Assembly: GCA_028875655.1 (NCBI GenBank)
Contig: JAPPCX010000085.1
Location: 9,887-73,886 of the forward strand
Length of the DNA stretch: 64,000 nt
Origin: Chloroflexota bacterium
GTDB taxonomy: Bacteria; Chloroflexota; Dehalococcoidia; Lucifugimonadales; UBA3495
Direction of reading: 5' to 3'
Of this stretch, positions 17,743 to 26,737 are shown one piece after another; the stretch's first letter is position 1, and every line of letters starts with the position of its first letter. The position numbers were made by a program, and so were the translations under genes. Under the pieces are notes generated by a model. The model was not told the DNA's origin, ran no database searches, and saw nothing but the letters and a program-made list of their open reading frames with translations.

Positions 17743-20061
17743 CTACTCTGCCGATAGCCCGAGCTCAACCAGACGCCGCCGGCCGGCCGCATCTATCGAC
17801 AAGTTCGACTGTAATCCATCGCGGTACTTGCGCTGCAACTCGTTGAGCTGGTACGCCACCGGGCGCATCCCTTCGGCCCGGTGCGCCGCGGCCTCCGCCA
17901 GCGTTTCGTAGGCCTGGTCCATGGACCAGTAGAACGAAAGTAGCCAGGATAATTCCCGTTCGTTGGCGGGCGCCGGTATATCCGAGATATCCAGCACGGT
18001 ATTGACCACCTTGGTGTAACGCAGGATGCCGGCTTTGTCCTGCTGATCCCTGCCGTAGTAACGCCGGTGCATTAACTCCGCCACTCGTTCAGCGTAGTCA
18101 TACTGTCCATAGATGACGGCGGGCAGCCACTTCTCTCGCAGATTGACCGCCTCGTTGCCCTTGGCATCGACTACTGCCACCGCCACCTCGGAGCGCAGCA
18201 CCCCATCGTACTCGAACTTGACGGCGTTGCGCAGCAGGGCTTCCTGCAGCAGCATGGTCAACTCGCGGGGTATCTTGATGTAGCGCGAACCGGCCGCTTC
18301 GTCATTGGTGTCCGCGCCCACGCCGCCGGTGTTGAACGCATAGTATTCCTGCGGCATCCCGCCCCAAGACAATTGTTGCAGCACGTGGTAGAGCAAGTTC
18401 GCGTTTTCGTCCTCCAAGCCGATAATAAACGGGTCAGAGAAATACTCTACGTAGGGCCGGCCGATGGCCCCGATGGCCGCGCCCATCTGGACAGCCTCAC
18501 CGTACATGAGCACGCGGATGTACTGTTCCAGGCTGAGGCGGCGCAGGGGCGGGATCACAGTGTTCTGCCGCATCACCTCCTGCCAGAAGACCCGGTTAGT
18601 GTTCTCCATGGGTACGTGGACCGAGTCTGACAGCCTGCCGCCTGTGATCTTTTCGATCAGCCCCTGGGCCCCCTTGCGCTGCAGCAACCCGCGACGGGAC
18701 AGGATCATGCGCATGTTGCGAACCGGATTTTCCAGGTAGTTGGGTTCCCTACTTTCCACCTTGACCGGAACGTTTTCCAACGTTTCATCCGCCGTGGTAA
18801 CACCGGGCGCGCCGCGTAGCACGTCGTAAGTGATGGGGTCGTCCTCGCGAGTCAGGCCGAATGGCACCGCGTAGAAATTGTTTTCCGTGCCGTCGATGGC
18901 GTGAGAGATCAACGCGCTGCTGCCATCCAGACGGCTGGGGGTCGGCTCGTCCAGCGGTTGGAGCAACACAATGTCGTCGTTCATGGGATAGACCCCTTCC
19001 TCGGGATCCTGGGGGAGATTCAGGATGCCGGCAAGTTCGCTGTTGGCCAACTCAACCATGATGGTCAGCGTGCTCTTGCCATGTAGCGAGGGGCCGACGG
19101 TAACCAGAGCGGTGTTGGTAATTTCACCATCCAACGCTCGTGCGCGCGCCATGCTCAGCGCCGCCTGCACCGCGAGGCCGTTGTTCTGTTTAACCTGGTG
19201 CATGGCTATAGACAGCGGCCCCATCTTGTGCTCGCCCACGTAATCGAACCCAAAGTGCAGGGACAAGCCGCGGGTCGGCGCCTTGAACACCAGCTGGGTA
19301 ATGCCAGCGTCGCGCAACTGCGTTTTCAGGCTGTCATCCAAACCCAGATCGTCCATCCAGTGCGGTACGGACACTTCCAGGATGTCCGGCGATTCCTGCC
19401 ACAGATCCTGGGGCAGGTCGAACGTCAGCCGGCGCCACATGTACGGCGCCTGCATGTACCGGGTACCAAACAGCAGTTGGCGGGCGTGAAAAGACCGGCC
19501 GGGAGCGTCGCAAATCTGCCGGTCGGTCTGCACGATGCCGTTCTTCATATCGGGGTTCGAGCTGGCGAAGTCGGCTTCCATCTTGTCGCATACCTTATGG
19601 AATACCGGCGCGAACAGCCGCTGGTTGTCTTCGGAAAATGCTAGCGCGTCCCGGTTGCGGGTGAACCCTTCCACAAAATACTGCGTCAGGTCCGGACGTC
19701 GAACGACGCCCAACTGGCTGAAAAAGGCTAAGCCGCCGTTGTCCAGCCGGAACACGGTCTCCGGCCACACTTTGCTGGAGGCTCGGCCAGCCGCGTTGGC
19801 TTCAACCCCTTCGGCCTCCAGCTCCTGCGCCTGCGCCAGCAACTCCGATTGCCGTTCGGCCGGCAGGTCCTGGAATATGGGCATGTTGCCGATAATCCAA
19901 TCTTCGGAAGGATTGTACAGGGTGCTGTCGGGGCGCTGGCCTCGTCGCGCGATTTCACACAGGCGAGTCAGGGCCGCTTCAAACTCAGGAACGATATCCG
20001 GACCGGCCAGCGGCGACTTGCCATCGGGTCGATCGGTAGAGCTGTTGGTCGGGCTGGTCAA
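17743..20061 (-). CDS. Divergent PEPCK-like P-loop protein (772 aa)
   Basis: GPSLHGKSTLT resembles PEPCK kinase-1a GLSGTGKTTLS. It is followed by NDDIVLL (compare GDDEHGW), ENNFYAV (compare EGGCYAK), TLENV and FNTGGVG (compare NTGWTGG). The gene ends 23 nt upstream of aceB. Confidence 0.55.
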   Translation of the reverse strand: MTSPTNSSTDRPDGKSPLAGPDIVPEFEAALTRLCEIARRGQRPDSTLYNPSEDWIIGNMPIFQDLPAERQSELLAQAQELEAEGVEANAAGRASSKVWPETVFRLDNGGLAFFSQLGVVRRPDLTQYFVEGFTRNRDALAFSEDNQRLFAPVFHKVCDKMEADFASSNPDMKNGIVQTDRQICDAPGRSFHARQLLFGTRYMQAPYMWRRLTFDLPQDLWQESPDILEVSVPHWMDDLGLDDSLKTQLRDAGITQLVFKAPTRGLSLHFGFDYVGEHKMGPLSIAMHQVKQNNGLAVQAALSMARARALDGEITNTALVTVGPSLHGKSTLTIMVELANSELAGILNLPQDPEEGVYPMNDDIVLLQPLDEPTPSRLDGSSALISHAIDGTENNFYAVPFGLTREDDPITYDVLRGAPGVTTADETLENVPVKVESREPNYLENPVRNMRMILSRRGLLQRKGAQGLIEKITGGRLSDSVHVPMENTNRVFWQEVMRQNTVIPPLRRLSLEQYIRVLMYGEAVQMGAAIGAIGRPYVEYFSDPFIIGLEDENANLLYHVLQQLSWGGMPQEYYAFNTGGVGADTNDEAAGSRYIKIPRELTMLLQEALLRNAVKFEYDGVLRSEVAVAVVDAKGNEAVNLREKWLPAVIYGQYDYAERVAELMHRRYYGRDQQDKAGILRYTKVVNTVLDISDIPAPANERELSWLLSFYWSMDQAYETLAEAAAHRAEGMRPVAYQLNELQRKYRDGLQSNLSIDAAGRRRLVELGLSAE

Positions 20062-20185
20062 GGCGTTTCTCCCGATGGGAAGGGTGACTCAAGTATGCTA
20101 CCGCTAACCGCCCCTACTGTCAAAAAGGGAATATCTCCGAAACAGCTCCCACGCCGTTGCGATACGCTCGTCGACGCCCAACCTA

Positions 20186-20893
20186 TCACACGGCAACGGC
20201 GGCCAGTTTTTCAGGTATCCAACTTCTGAGTAGGTCCATCAACTCGGCGCGGCATTCGTCCAGGCGGTGCTCCGCGCCCTCGTAGAGTACCAACTCTCTT
20301 GGGTCCTTGGCCCAGTCGTGTATCGCAACCGCGCACGAGAAGGGGAGGCGGGTATCAGCCTTGCCGTGCACCACCAGCAGCGGGGTGGGCGACAGCATTC
20401 CCGCGCCCTGTGCTCCATAGGTCTGAGGCGACAGCGACACAACGCCCGCCACGTGGTCGCTGAACGCAGCGGCAGCGATCACCACCGCACCGCCGAAGGA
20501 ATGTCCCACCACCACCGCAGGCCCGTATTCCATCGCCCTGAGGAAGTTGATTCCGGCCAGCAGATCGAGAGCGCACTCCTGGATTTCGTTGGGATAGCGG
20601 TAATCCATCCTGAGCGATGTTATTCCCTGGTTGGTAAATTCCTGCGACAACTCGGCGTACAGGCCGCTGGCCGGGCCACCGAAACCACCCCGAGCGCCGC
20701 AAACCCAGATGACGGCGCGTTTGGCGTCCGGGGCAGCGTGCAGAATCGCGGGGATGTCGCCCCGCGTCGTGCGTACTACCAGACCTTCACCGGCGTCGCC
20801 TTCATGGGGCGGCCCGACCAGCACCTGCTCAATGCGAGTGCCCAGGCGGTTATCGGCGTCAGAAGGTTCCCCAGCCGCGGATTGGTTGGCCAT
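20186..20893 (-). CDS. Alpha/beta hydrolase (dienelactone-hydrolase-like)
   Basis: Nucleophile elbow VVGHSFGGAV, 235 aa. It starts 2 nt after the histidine kinase stop. Confidence 0.8.
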   Translation of the reverse strand: MANQSAAGEPSDADNRLGTRIEQVLVGPPHEGDAGEGLVVRTTRGDIPAILHAAPDAKRAVIWVCGARGGFGGPASGLYAELSQEFTNQGITSLRMDYRYPNEIQECALDLLAGINFLRAMEYGPAVVVGHSFGGAVVIAAAAFSDHVAGVVSLSPQTYGAQGAGMLSPTPLLVVHGKADTRLPFSCAVAIHDWAKDPRELVLYEGAEHRLDECRAELMDLLRSWIPEKLAAVAV

Positions 20894-20895
20894 GA

Positions 20896-23223
20896 CTAGA
20901 TCTCCGTTCCCAGGCTGGCTCCCTCGGCAAACGCACCAACAGGCTCTTCTTCCTCGCTGTCCAGGTTCAGTTCGGGTACCTGAGGCGCCTCCAACGGCAG
21001 CCCGATGACCATTTCGGTGAATTCTCCCGGCTCGGACATTACCTCAATCGTTCCCCCGTGCTCTCTGATTATGTCGTTGCAGATGGACAACCCCAGCCCG
21101 GTACCTTGCCCGGTGGGTTTCGTGGTGAAAAATGGATTGAAAATCTGTTCGATAATCTCAGGCGGCATGCCGCTGCCATTGTCCCGGATCCGTACTTCGA
21201 CCTGGTCTTCGTTCCGACGGGTAGTGAGCAGTAACGTGGGCATATAGCCGTCCCCGTCGGCTGATTCCATCAGCTGTCGGCGCTTTTCGTCGGTGGCGTA
21301 GCAGGCATTGCTGACCATATTCAGGAACACGCGCCCGATGTCGCGGGGATTTACTTCAATGTCCTCCATTTCCTCAAAGTCGTACTGCAAGTCAAGCTGG
21401 AACTCGGAATCCAGGGCCCGGGCGCTGTGGTAGGCCAGGCGGGCGTGTTCGTCCAGCAGGTTGTTAATGTTGCTCATCTCATGGGTCACGGAATCGCGGC
21501 CCATCAGCAGCATGTCCTGCACGATGCGATTAGCCCGCTCCCCGTGCATCTGGATGCGTTCCATGTTTTCGGACAGATCAGCGAAAATGTCCTGTATTAG
21601 TTCCTTTTGCTCATCGTCCAGATGGCCGTCTTCATTCTCCTCGAACGTTTCGCGCATTTCATCCAGCAACTCCTCGGATGACTCGGAGAAATTCTTGACG
21701 AAATTCAAGGGGTTGCGGATTTCATGGGCAACGCCGGCCGTGAGTTGGCCCAGCGAGGCCAGTTTCTCTTGTGCGACGATCCGATCCTGGGCGGCGGTCA
21801 GGTTGGTCATCGCCTCCTCAAGCTGATGGTTCTGACTGTCCAGCCGCGCATTGATGTTCTCCAATTCCGCGTTCTTGCTGTCCAGTTCGTGGTTCTGGCT
21901 ATCCAGACGAGCGTTGATGCCTTCCAGCTCGGCGTTTTTGCCTTCCAGTTCCTGGGCGAGTTCTTCCACCAGGTTCAACCTGATGGCTTCCTGAGCGTTG
22001 TGTCGGAAAATTTCCAGCGCCGCGGCCATTTCCGCCACTTCGTCCCGCCCGCCAACCTCGACCCTGGTGTCCAGATCGCCGGCGGCCAGGCTGCGCATCC
22101 AGCCGGCAATGAGCTCCAAGCGGCGCAACAGCACACGGCCCACAAACAGCCATGCGATGATCAGCGCTCCGCCGACGCTGATGAAGCTGATGACCAGCAG
22201 TAGCGTACGGCCGGTCAGAATCGCCTGCTCTGAGGCGATGGTGGCCTCCTGCGCTCCCGCTTCGGCGGCGCTCACGAGACCGTCCACCTCGTCCACCAGC
22301 AACTCGGCTATGCTGTGGTTGTTGGTTAACAATAGTTCTTGCCGGTCTTCCAGTTCCAATTGCTTGGCCCGCAGGTCGAATACGTTATCTTTACCTAATC
22401 CCATCTCCAGCAGGCGGTCAAAACTGGGCTTCAGCTCATCGTAGGATGAGGTTCCCTGCAAGTGGGACAGGTTGGTCCTGATGTTGCCGGACGAAGACTC
22501 AAACCTTTCCCGGAAAGGCTCGATCAAGGAACTGTCGGAGACGATGTACGCGCCGGCCATCAATTGGCTGGCAATTTTGGCGTTGGACTGCAACTCACTC
22601 AGGTAACGATACTGGGCTTGTTCATCTTCGGAAGTATGCTCAGTACGGGGAGCCCGGGGTTGGTCGAGCTCGGTGTAGCCGGTCTGGATGTAAAAGAACT
22701 GCCGGTCGATTTCGGGAACGATGAGGGTGTCCAGGTCAAGAGCGAGCGTTTCAAGTTCCTCTTGCAGCGAGTCAATTTGATCGCTCAGGGTGAAACTCTG
22801 CCACATACTGCTGTTCAAGCCGGCGATGTTGTCAATCAGCGCGTTGGAGTAGGTATTTATGCGCTCGAAGCGCTCTTGCTCACCGCCCTTGCTTCGCAAA
22901 ACTGCCAATTGCTCGTTGAACAGCCGATGGGCAGTCGCGATTTCATCGCCGACGCGGGCCACTTCCTCCGGCGTAGTCGCCGCCGTGAGAGTATCGGCCG
23001 ACGCCACGAGATCCTGGCTGTACTGGGCCACGCCGAAGGCCGACGCCAGTTCGGGAACGCTGCGTTCATTGACCCGGCTCTGCGCCTCGCCCACCTGGTT
23101 GAAGGAGAACCACCCCACCAGGCTGGCGGCAAAGGTAAGAGCCACCGCGCCGCCCAGGGCCAGGTACAGTTGCGCCGAAATGCGGTAGCGATATTCCAGC
23201 AGCCTTTGCACTAGAGAGATCAT
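20896..23223 (-). CDS. Membrane sensor histidine kinase (extracytoplasmic domain, HAMP, coiled coil, HisKA, HATPase_c)
   Basis: N-terminal TM, ~300-aa external region, second TM, HAMP (LAAGDLDTRVEV), H-box VAHEIRNPLN, and N/G boxes (DNGSGMP, GTGLGLS). Confidence 0.9.
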   Translation of the reverse strand: MISLVQRLLEYRYRISAQLYLALGGAVALTFAASLVGWFSFNQVGEAQSRVNERSVPELASAFGVAQYSQDLVASADTLTAATTPEEVARVGDEIATAHRLFNEQLAVLRSKGGEQERFERINTYSNALIDNIAGLNSSMWQSFTLSDQIDSLQEELETLALDLDTLIVPEIDRQFFYIQTGYTELDQPRAPRTEHTSEDEQAQYRYLSELQSNAKIASQLMAGAYIVSDSSLIEPFRERFESSSGNIRTNLSHLQGTSSYDELKPSFDRLLEMGLGKDNVFDLRAKQLELEDRQELLLTNNHSIAELLVDEVDGLVSAAEAGAQEATIASEQAILTGRTLLLVISFISVGGALIIAWLFVGRVLLRRLELIAGWMRSLAAGDLDTRVEVGGRDEVAEMAAALEIFRHNAQEAIRLNLVEELAQELEGKNAELEGINARLDSQNHELDSKNAELENINARLDSQNHQLEEAMTNLTAAQDRIVAQEKLASLGQLTAGVAHEIRNPLNFVKNFSESSEELLDEMRETFEENEDGHLDDEQKELIQDIFADLSENMERIQMHGERANRIVQDMLLMGRDSVTHEMSNINNLLDEHARLAYHSARALDSEFQLDLQYDFEEMEDIEVNPRDIGRVFLNMVSNACYATDEKRRQLMESADGDGYMPTLLLTTRRNEDQVEVRIRDNGSGMPPEIIEQIFNPFFTTKPTGQGTGLGLSICNDIIREHGGTIEVMSEPGEFTEMVIGLPLEAPQVPELNLDSEEEEPVGAFAEGASLGTEI
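21826..21951. repeat. 63-bp tandem duplication (x2) inside the kinase coiled-coil linker
   Basis: Encodes ELEGKNAELEGINARLDSQNH followed by ELDSKNAELENINARLDSQNH. The DNA units are clearly related. Confidence 0.75.
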
Positions 23224-24530
23224 CCGCCAGCCCTCCGACGAGCGTCCAAGGAGTCGATCGCAACATACTCCCCTTTCTCGTCAATCATCGTCAGGAAAAC
23301 GGTGTCGGAACCCTGGTTGTCGCCGGCTCCGTACCGGAGTTCAAAGCCGTCCAGGTCAACCGGTTCGGAGTTGCGAAAACCGGCCATGAAACACTCCCGG
23401 GTCAGTTCGGCGCCGCACCGTTCCAGTCCGGCGATGGCCAGCCGTCCTGCCAGGTAGCCTTCCAGCGAAACGAAGCCGGGCTGCGCCTCGGAATCATATT
23501 CAGCCAAAGCCTGATGATAAGCGGCCACAACGGGAACAGAGCCGTCGTGAGGGAAGGGCACCACCTGGGTCACGAATACGCCCGCGCCCCGGTCCGGGTC
23601 CAGTTCGCTGAGTTCCTGGGCCAAGGCGTTGCTGCCCACAAAGGATATGTTGATGAACTCCCAATCTTTGCCAACATGCCGCGCCCATGCGATCAACGCC
23701 GCCAGCGGACGATAGGCTCCCACCAGAATCACGGCCTCCGGGTCGCCTTGCTGCAGGTCAAGCAGTCCGGTTTTCACTGCAGTGGTATTGCGCGGATACA
23801 GACCCACCGCGGCCGGTTCCATGCCCCGTTTGGTCAGCGCGGCCAGAGCGCCGTTCAGCCCGGCCCGGCCAAATGAATCATCCTGGTACATCACGGCGAT
23901 TTTCGTTATGCCCAGGTCTTCGGTCAGCCGCGCCACCATCGCCTCGGTTTCCTGGTTGTAGGAAGAGCGCATGTTCACCACGTTGGGAAGGACATTCGCA
24001 TCCCTCAGAAAGGCCGCGCCAGTGAAAGGGGCGAGGTAGGGAATTTCCGCGTCTCTAGCAACGGGAGTGGCAGACCGGGAGGTAGGGGTGCCGACGGCGC
24101 CGATCAGGGCGAAAACCCCTTCCTCGATGAGCTCCGTAGTATTGGCGATGGCCAACTCCGGCTCGTAGGTATCGTCCAGCGACGTCAACTCCAGTTGACG
24201 GCCATGCACACCGCCGTTCCGGTTGGCTTCGGCAAACGCCGCCTCAATGCCGAGCTTCATGCCCAAACCCAACTGGCTGGCGGGGCCACTGAACGCCGCG
24301 GATTGCCCGAATACGACCCGGTCTTGATATACTCCGGGCGAGCCTGATCCCGGGGCGGCCTGGGTAGGAGGCGCCAGACTCCCCACGGATGGAGTCGCCG
24401 TACCGTCACCGTCAACGGAGGTGCCCTCGGCGGCCGGTTGGCAGCCCGCGAATCCCAAGGCAATGGGAATAAGCATGACGGCGGCGAGGCTGAACAGCCT
24501 GCCCTTCAGTTGGCCGAGTGTTCCCCTCAT
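23220..24530 (-). CDS. LivK-type (Peripla_BP_6) substrate-binding lipoprotein
   Basis: Lipobox LGFAGC and type-I periplasmic binding protein features. It has 4-nt overlaps with both the upstream RsbW-like gene and the downstream kinase gene. Confidence 0.85.
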   Translation of the reverse strand: MRGTLGQLKGRLFSLAAVMLIPIALGFAGCQPAAEGTSVDGDGTATPSVGSLAPPTQAAPGSGSPGVYQDRVVFGQSAAFSGPASQLGLGMKLGIEAAFAEANRNGGVHGRQLELTSLDDTYEPELAIANTTELIEEGVFALIGAVGTPTSRSATPVARDAEIPYLAPFTGAAFLRDANVLPNVVNMRSSYNQETEAMVARLTEDLGITKIAVMYQDDSFGRAGLNGALAALTKRGMEPAAVGLYPRNTTAVKTGLLDLQQGDPEAVILVGAYRPLAALIAWARHVGKDWEFINISFVGSNALAQELSELDPDRGAGVFVTQVVPFPHDGSVPVVAAYHQALAEYDSEAQPGFVSLEGYLAGRLAIAGLERCGAELTRECFMAGFRNSEPVDLDGFELRYGAGDNQGSDTVFLTMIDEKGEYVAIDSLDARRRAGG

Positions 24531-24937
24531 CCGCCTTTGCGCTTTACCATCGCCAAGCGATTCTTGCCGTTTTCACGCTTGTAGTGCAGTTCGTCCATCA
24601 TCTCGCGCACCAGAAAGATGCCCAGCCCGCCGATGGGCCTTTCCTCCAGCGAGGCGTCAAGATCCGGTTCAACGGCATCGGTCAGAGGGTCGAAAGGCCG
24701 GCCGTCGTCGGCAATCTCCAGCCTGACCTCATCTGCATTCGTGTCCAGCGAAACTTCGATGTCTCCCGTGGCGCCGCTGTAGTGCACCACGTTGACCCAC
24801 AACTCATCAAGAACCAGGTTGACTTTGAAAATCAGGTCCGGTGGCCAATCGTCCCGCTCTCCCACGTCCTCCACCACCGCGGTGATCCGCTCCAGCTGGT
24901 CCAAGCTCGGGGCTATTTTCAGGGAAATTGATTCCAT
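24527..24937 (-). CDS. RsbW/SpoIIAB-like anti-sigma-type serine kinase (HATPase)
   Basis: 136 aa with VLDELWVNVVHY, IADDGRPFDP and GGLGIFLV, which match the N, G1 and G2 boxes of partner-switching kinases. Confidence 0.8.
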   Translation of the reverse strand: MESISLKIAPSLDQLERITAVVEDVGERDDWPPDLIFKVNLVLDELWVNVVHYSGATGDIEVSLDTNADEVRLEIADDGRPFDPLTDAVEPDLDASLEERPIGGLGIFLVREMMDELHYKRENGKNRLAMVKRKGG

Positions 24938-24950
24938 GATGCCACGGACC

Positions 24951-26111
24951 TCACTTAATCTTCAGCGCCAAGCAGGTGATGTCGTCGAATTGGGGCGCAC
25001 CGCCGGCAAAGTCGCTCACCGCGTCAAGAATGGACAGGACGGCTTTCCGGCAGTCTTCGGGTTCGCGATCGAAGGTGTCCTGCAACCGCTCCATTCCGAA
25101 TTCTTCTTCCTCGGTGTCAATCGCCTCAGTTACGCCGTCGGTATAAAATACCACCGTATCACCGGGCGCGCAGGTGATGCTGCTTTGCTCGTATTCCCCG
25201 CCGGGCAAAATGCCCAAGGCGACGCCGTTGGTGCTGGGTATCACGCTGCTGCTGCCGTCATCATGAACGATAATGGGCAGGTTGTGGCCGCCATTGGCGT
25301 AAGTCAGGGTCCTGGTTTCCGGGTTATAGACTCCGTACAAAACCGTGACGAACATCATCGCTTCGTTGTCGTCGTAGAGCAGGTCGTTCACTTCCTGCAA
25401 AACCTTGCCCGGGTCCTTCAACCCGATGGCCGCTCCCTTCAGCAGCGTGCGGCTGGCCATCATAAACAAGGCCGCCGGCACGCCCTTGCCCGAAACGTCG
25501 GCGATGGCCAATCCGATGTTTCCGTTTTCCAGTGAGAAGATATCAAAAAAGTCGCCGCCGACTTCCTTAGCGGGAGTCATGCTGCCGAACACGTCGTAAT
25601 GATCGGTCTCCGGAAACTCGGTAGGAAGGATGCTTTGCTGCATCTTGCTGGCTACGTCGAGCTCATTCTCGATTGCCGCCAGCCGAACCTTAGAAGACTC
25701 GGCTTCCCGCCACGCTTCAAGATTGTTCAGCGTTCGTTCGATGGTGACCCTGAGGTCATCAAAGTCCAGCGGCTTGGTAACGAAATCGAAGGCGCCGCGA
25801 TTCATTGCCGCCCGGATGTTTTTCATGTCGCCGTAGGCCGAAATGATGACCGAGCGCGTGTCCGGAGCCACCTCGGGTATGTGCTCCAGCAGCGAAAGGC
25901 CGTCCATCTGGGGCATGTTGATATCGGACAGCACCATGTCTATGGCGTCGTCTTGTCCCAGTTTCTGCAAGGCTTCGACGCCGTTCTGCGCGAACACGAA
26001 CTGGTACTGCCCGGACCGGATGCTACGGCGCATCCGTTGCAGGACCAGGGGTTCCAAGTCCGGCTCGTCGTCCACTACCAGTATTCGGTATCCGCCTGCC
26101 GTGTCACCCAT
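24951..26111 (-). CDS. Response-regulator receiver fused to a PP2C/SpoIIE phosphatase (RsbU-like)
   Basis: REC domain (ILVVDDEPD...DMVLSDINMPQMDG) followed by PP2C motifs (GGDFFD, ADVSGKG, TDGVTEA). GGAGGA lies upstream of the ATG at 26111. Confidence 0.9.
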   Translation of the reverse strand: MGDTAGGYRILVVDDEPDLEPLVLQRMRRSIRSGQYQFVFAQNGVEALQKLGQDDAIDMVLSDINMPQMDGLSLLEHIPEVAPDTRSVIISAYGDMKNIRAAMNRGAFDFVTKPLDFDDLRVTIERTLNNLEAWREAESSKVRLAAIENELDVASKMQQSILPTEFPETDHYDVFGSMTPAKEVGGDFFDIFSLENGNIGLAIADVSGKGVPAALFMMASRTLLKGAAIGLKDPGKVLQEVNDLLYDDNEAMMFVTVLYGVYNPETRTLTYANGGHNLPIIVHDDGSSSVIPSTNGVALGILPGGEYEQSSITCAPGDTVVFYTDGVTEAIDTEEEEFGMERLQDTFDREPEDCRKAVLSILDAVSDFAGGAPQFDDITCLALKIK

Positions 26112-26182
26112 GACTCCATCCTCCGCGATTATCTGTTGCCGTGTGGCTTGCAAGGACGGACGCGATTGCGCCCGGGTCCCGG

Positions 26183-26521
26183 TTAGCCGTTCACGGCGGC
26201 GACGGCGTCTGCCTGCGAAGAGTGAATGTCGATCACTCGGTCAAAACCGCTGATCTCGAACACTTCACGGACGGTGCCCGTAAGTGAGCAAATTGCGAAC
26301 TTGGCATTCTGCTGTTGCAATTTCCTTGCCGTCTGGAGGATCACGCGGAGGCCCGCACTACTAATGTACGTCAGGCGTTCCATGTCCATCACCACGGCTC
26401 GGTCATCCGACTCGATGGCAGATTCCAACTCCTGATAAAAAGCCTGGGCGTTGGCGCTGTCAACGCGCTCCTCAGTGTGAATGATCAGCGTTCCGTCGTC
26501 CCGACGTGATTCTATTGGCAT
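26183..26521 (-). CDS. STAS-domain anti-sigma-factor antagonist (RsbV/SpoIIAA-like)
   Basis: LTYISSAGLRVIL carries the conserved phosphorylatable Ser context. With the start at ATG 26521 (GAGGA upstream) the product is 112 aa. Confidence 0.85.
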   Translation of the reverse strand: MPIESRRDDGTLIIHTEERVDSANAQAFYQELESAIESDDRAVVMDMERLTYISSAGLRVILQTARKLQQQNAKFAICSLTGTVREVFEISGFDRVIDIHSSQADAVAAVNG

Positions 26522-26737
26522 GATTCGATCCTCTGCTGTCAAATTGGTGATGTCTTTACCGCGCAGCGCCACCTTGTATTGCATTCAGCTGCTTCAAAAG
26601 CGAATGGAACGGCCAAATACCGATGGCACGAGAAACGGTAACTGCGATTTTACGGGTAATTTATTGTCATGTACAGTGCGGCAACCGCGATTTCGCCTCA
26701 CTTTGGGAAATGGCCGGCTTGGTCCTTGCCGAGTTAG

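Noticed and set aside
26585-26737. A promoter for the STAS-led operon in the spacer upstream of 26521/26584.
   Set aside because: Several TTGCCG / TAAATT / TAAAAT-like hexamers exist on the minus strand, but none has convincing 16-18 nt spacing, so no call is made.
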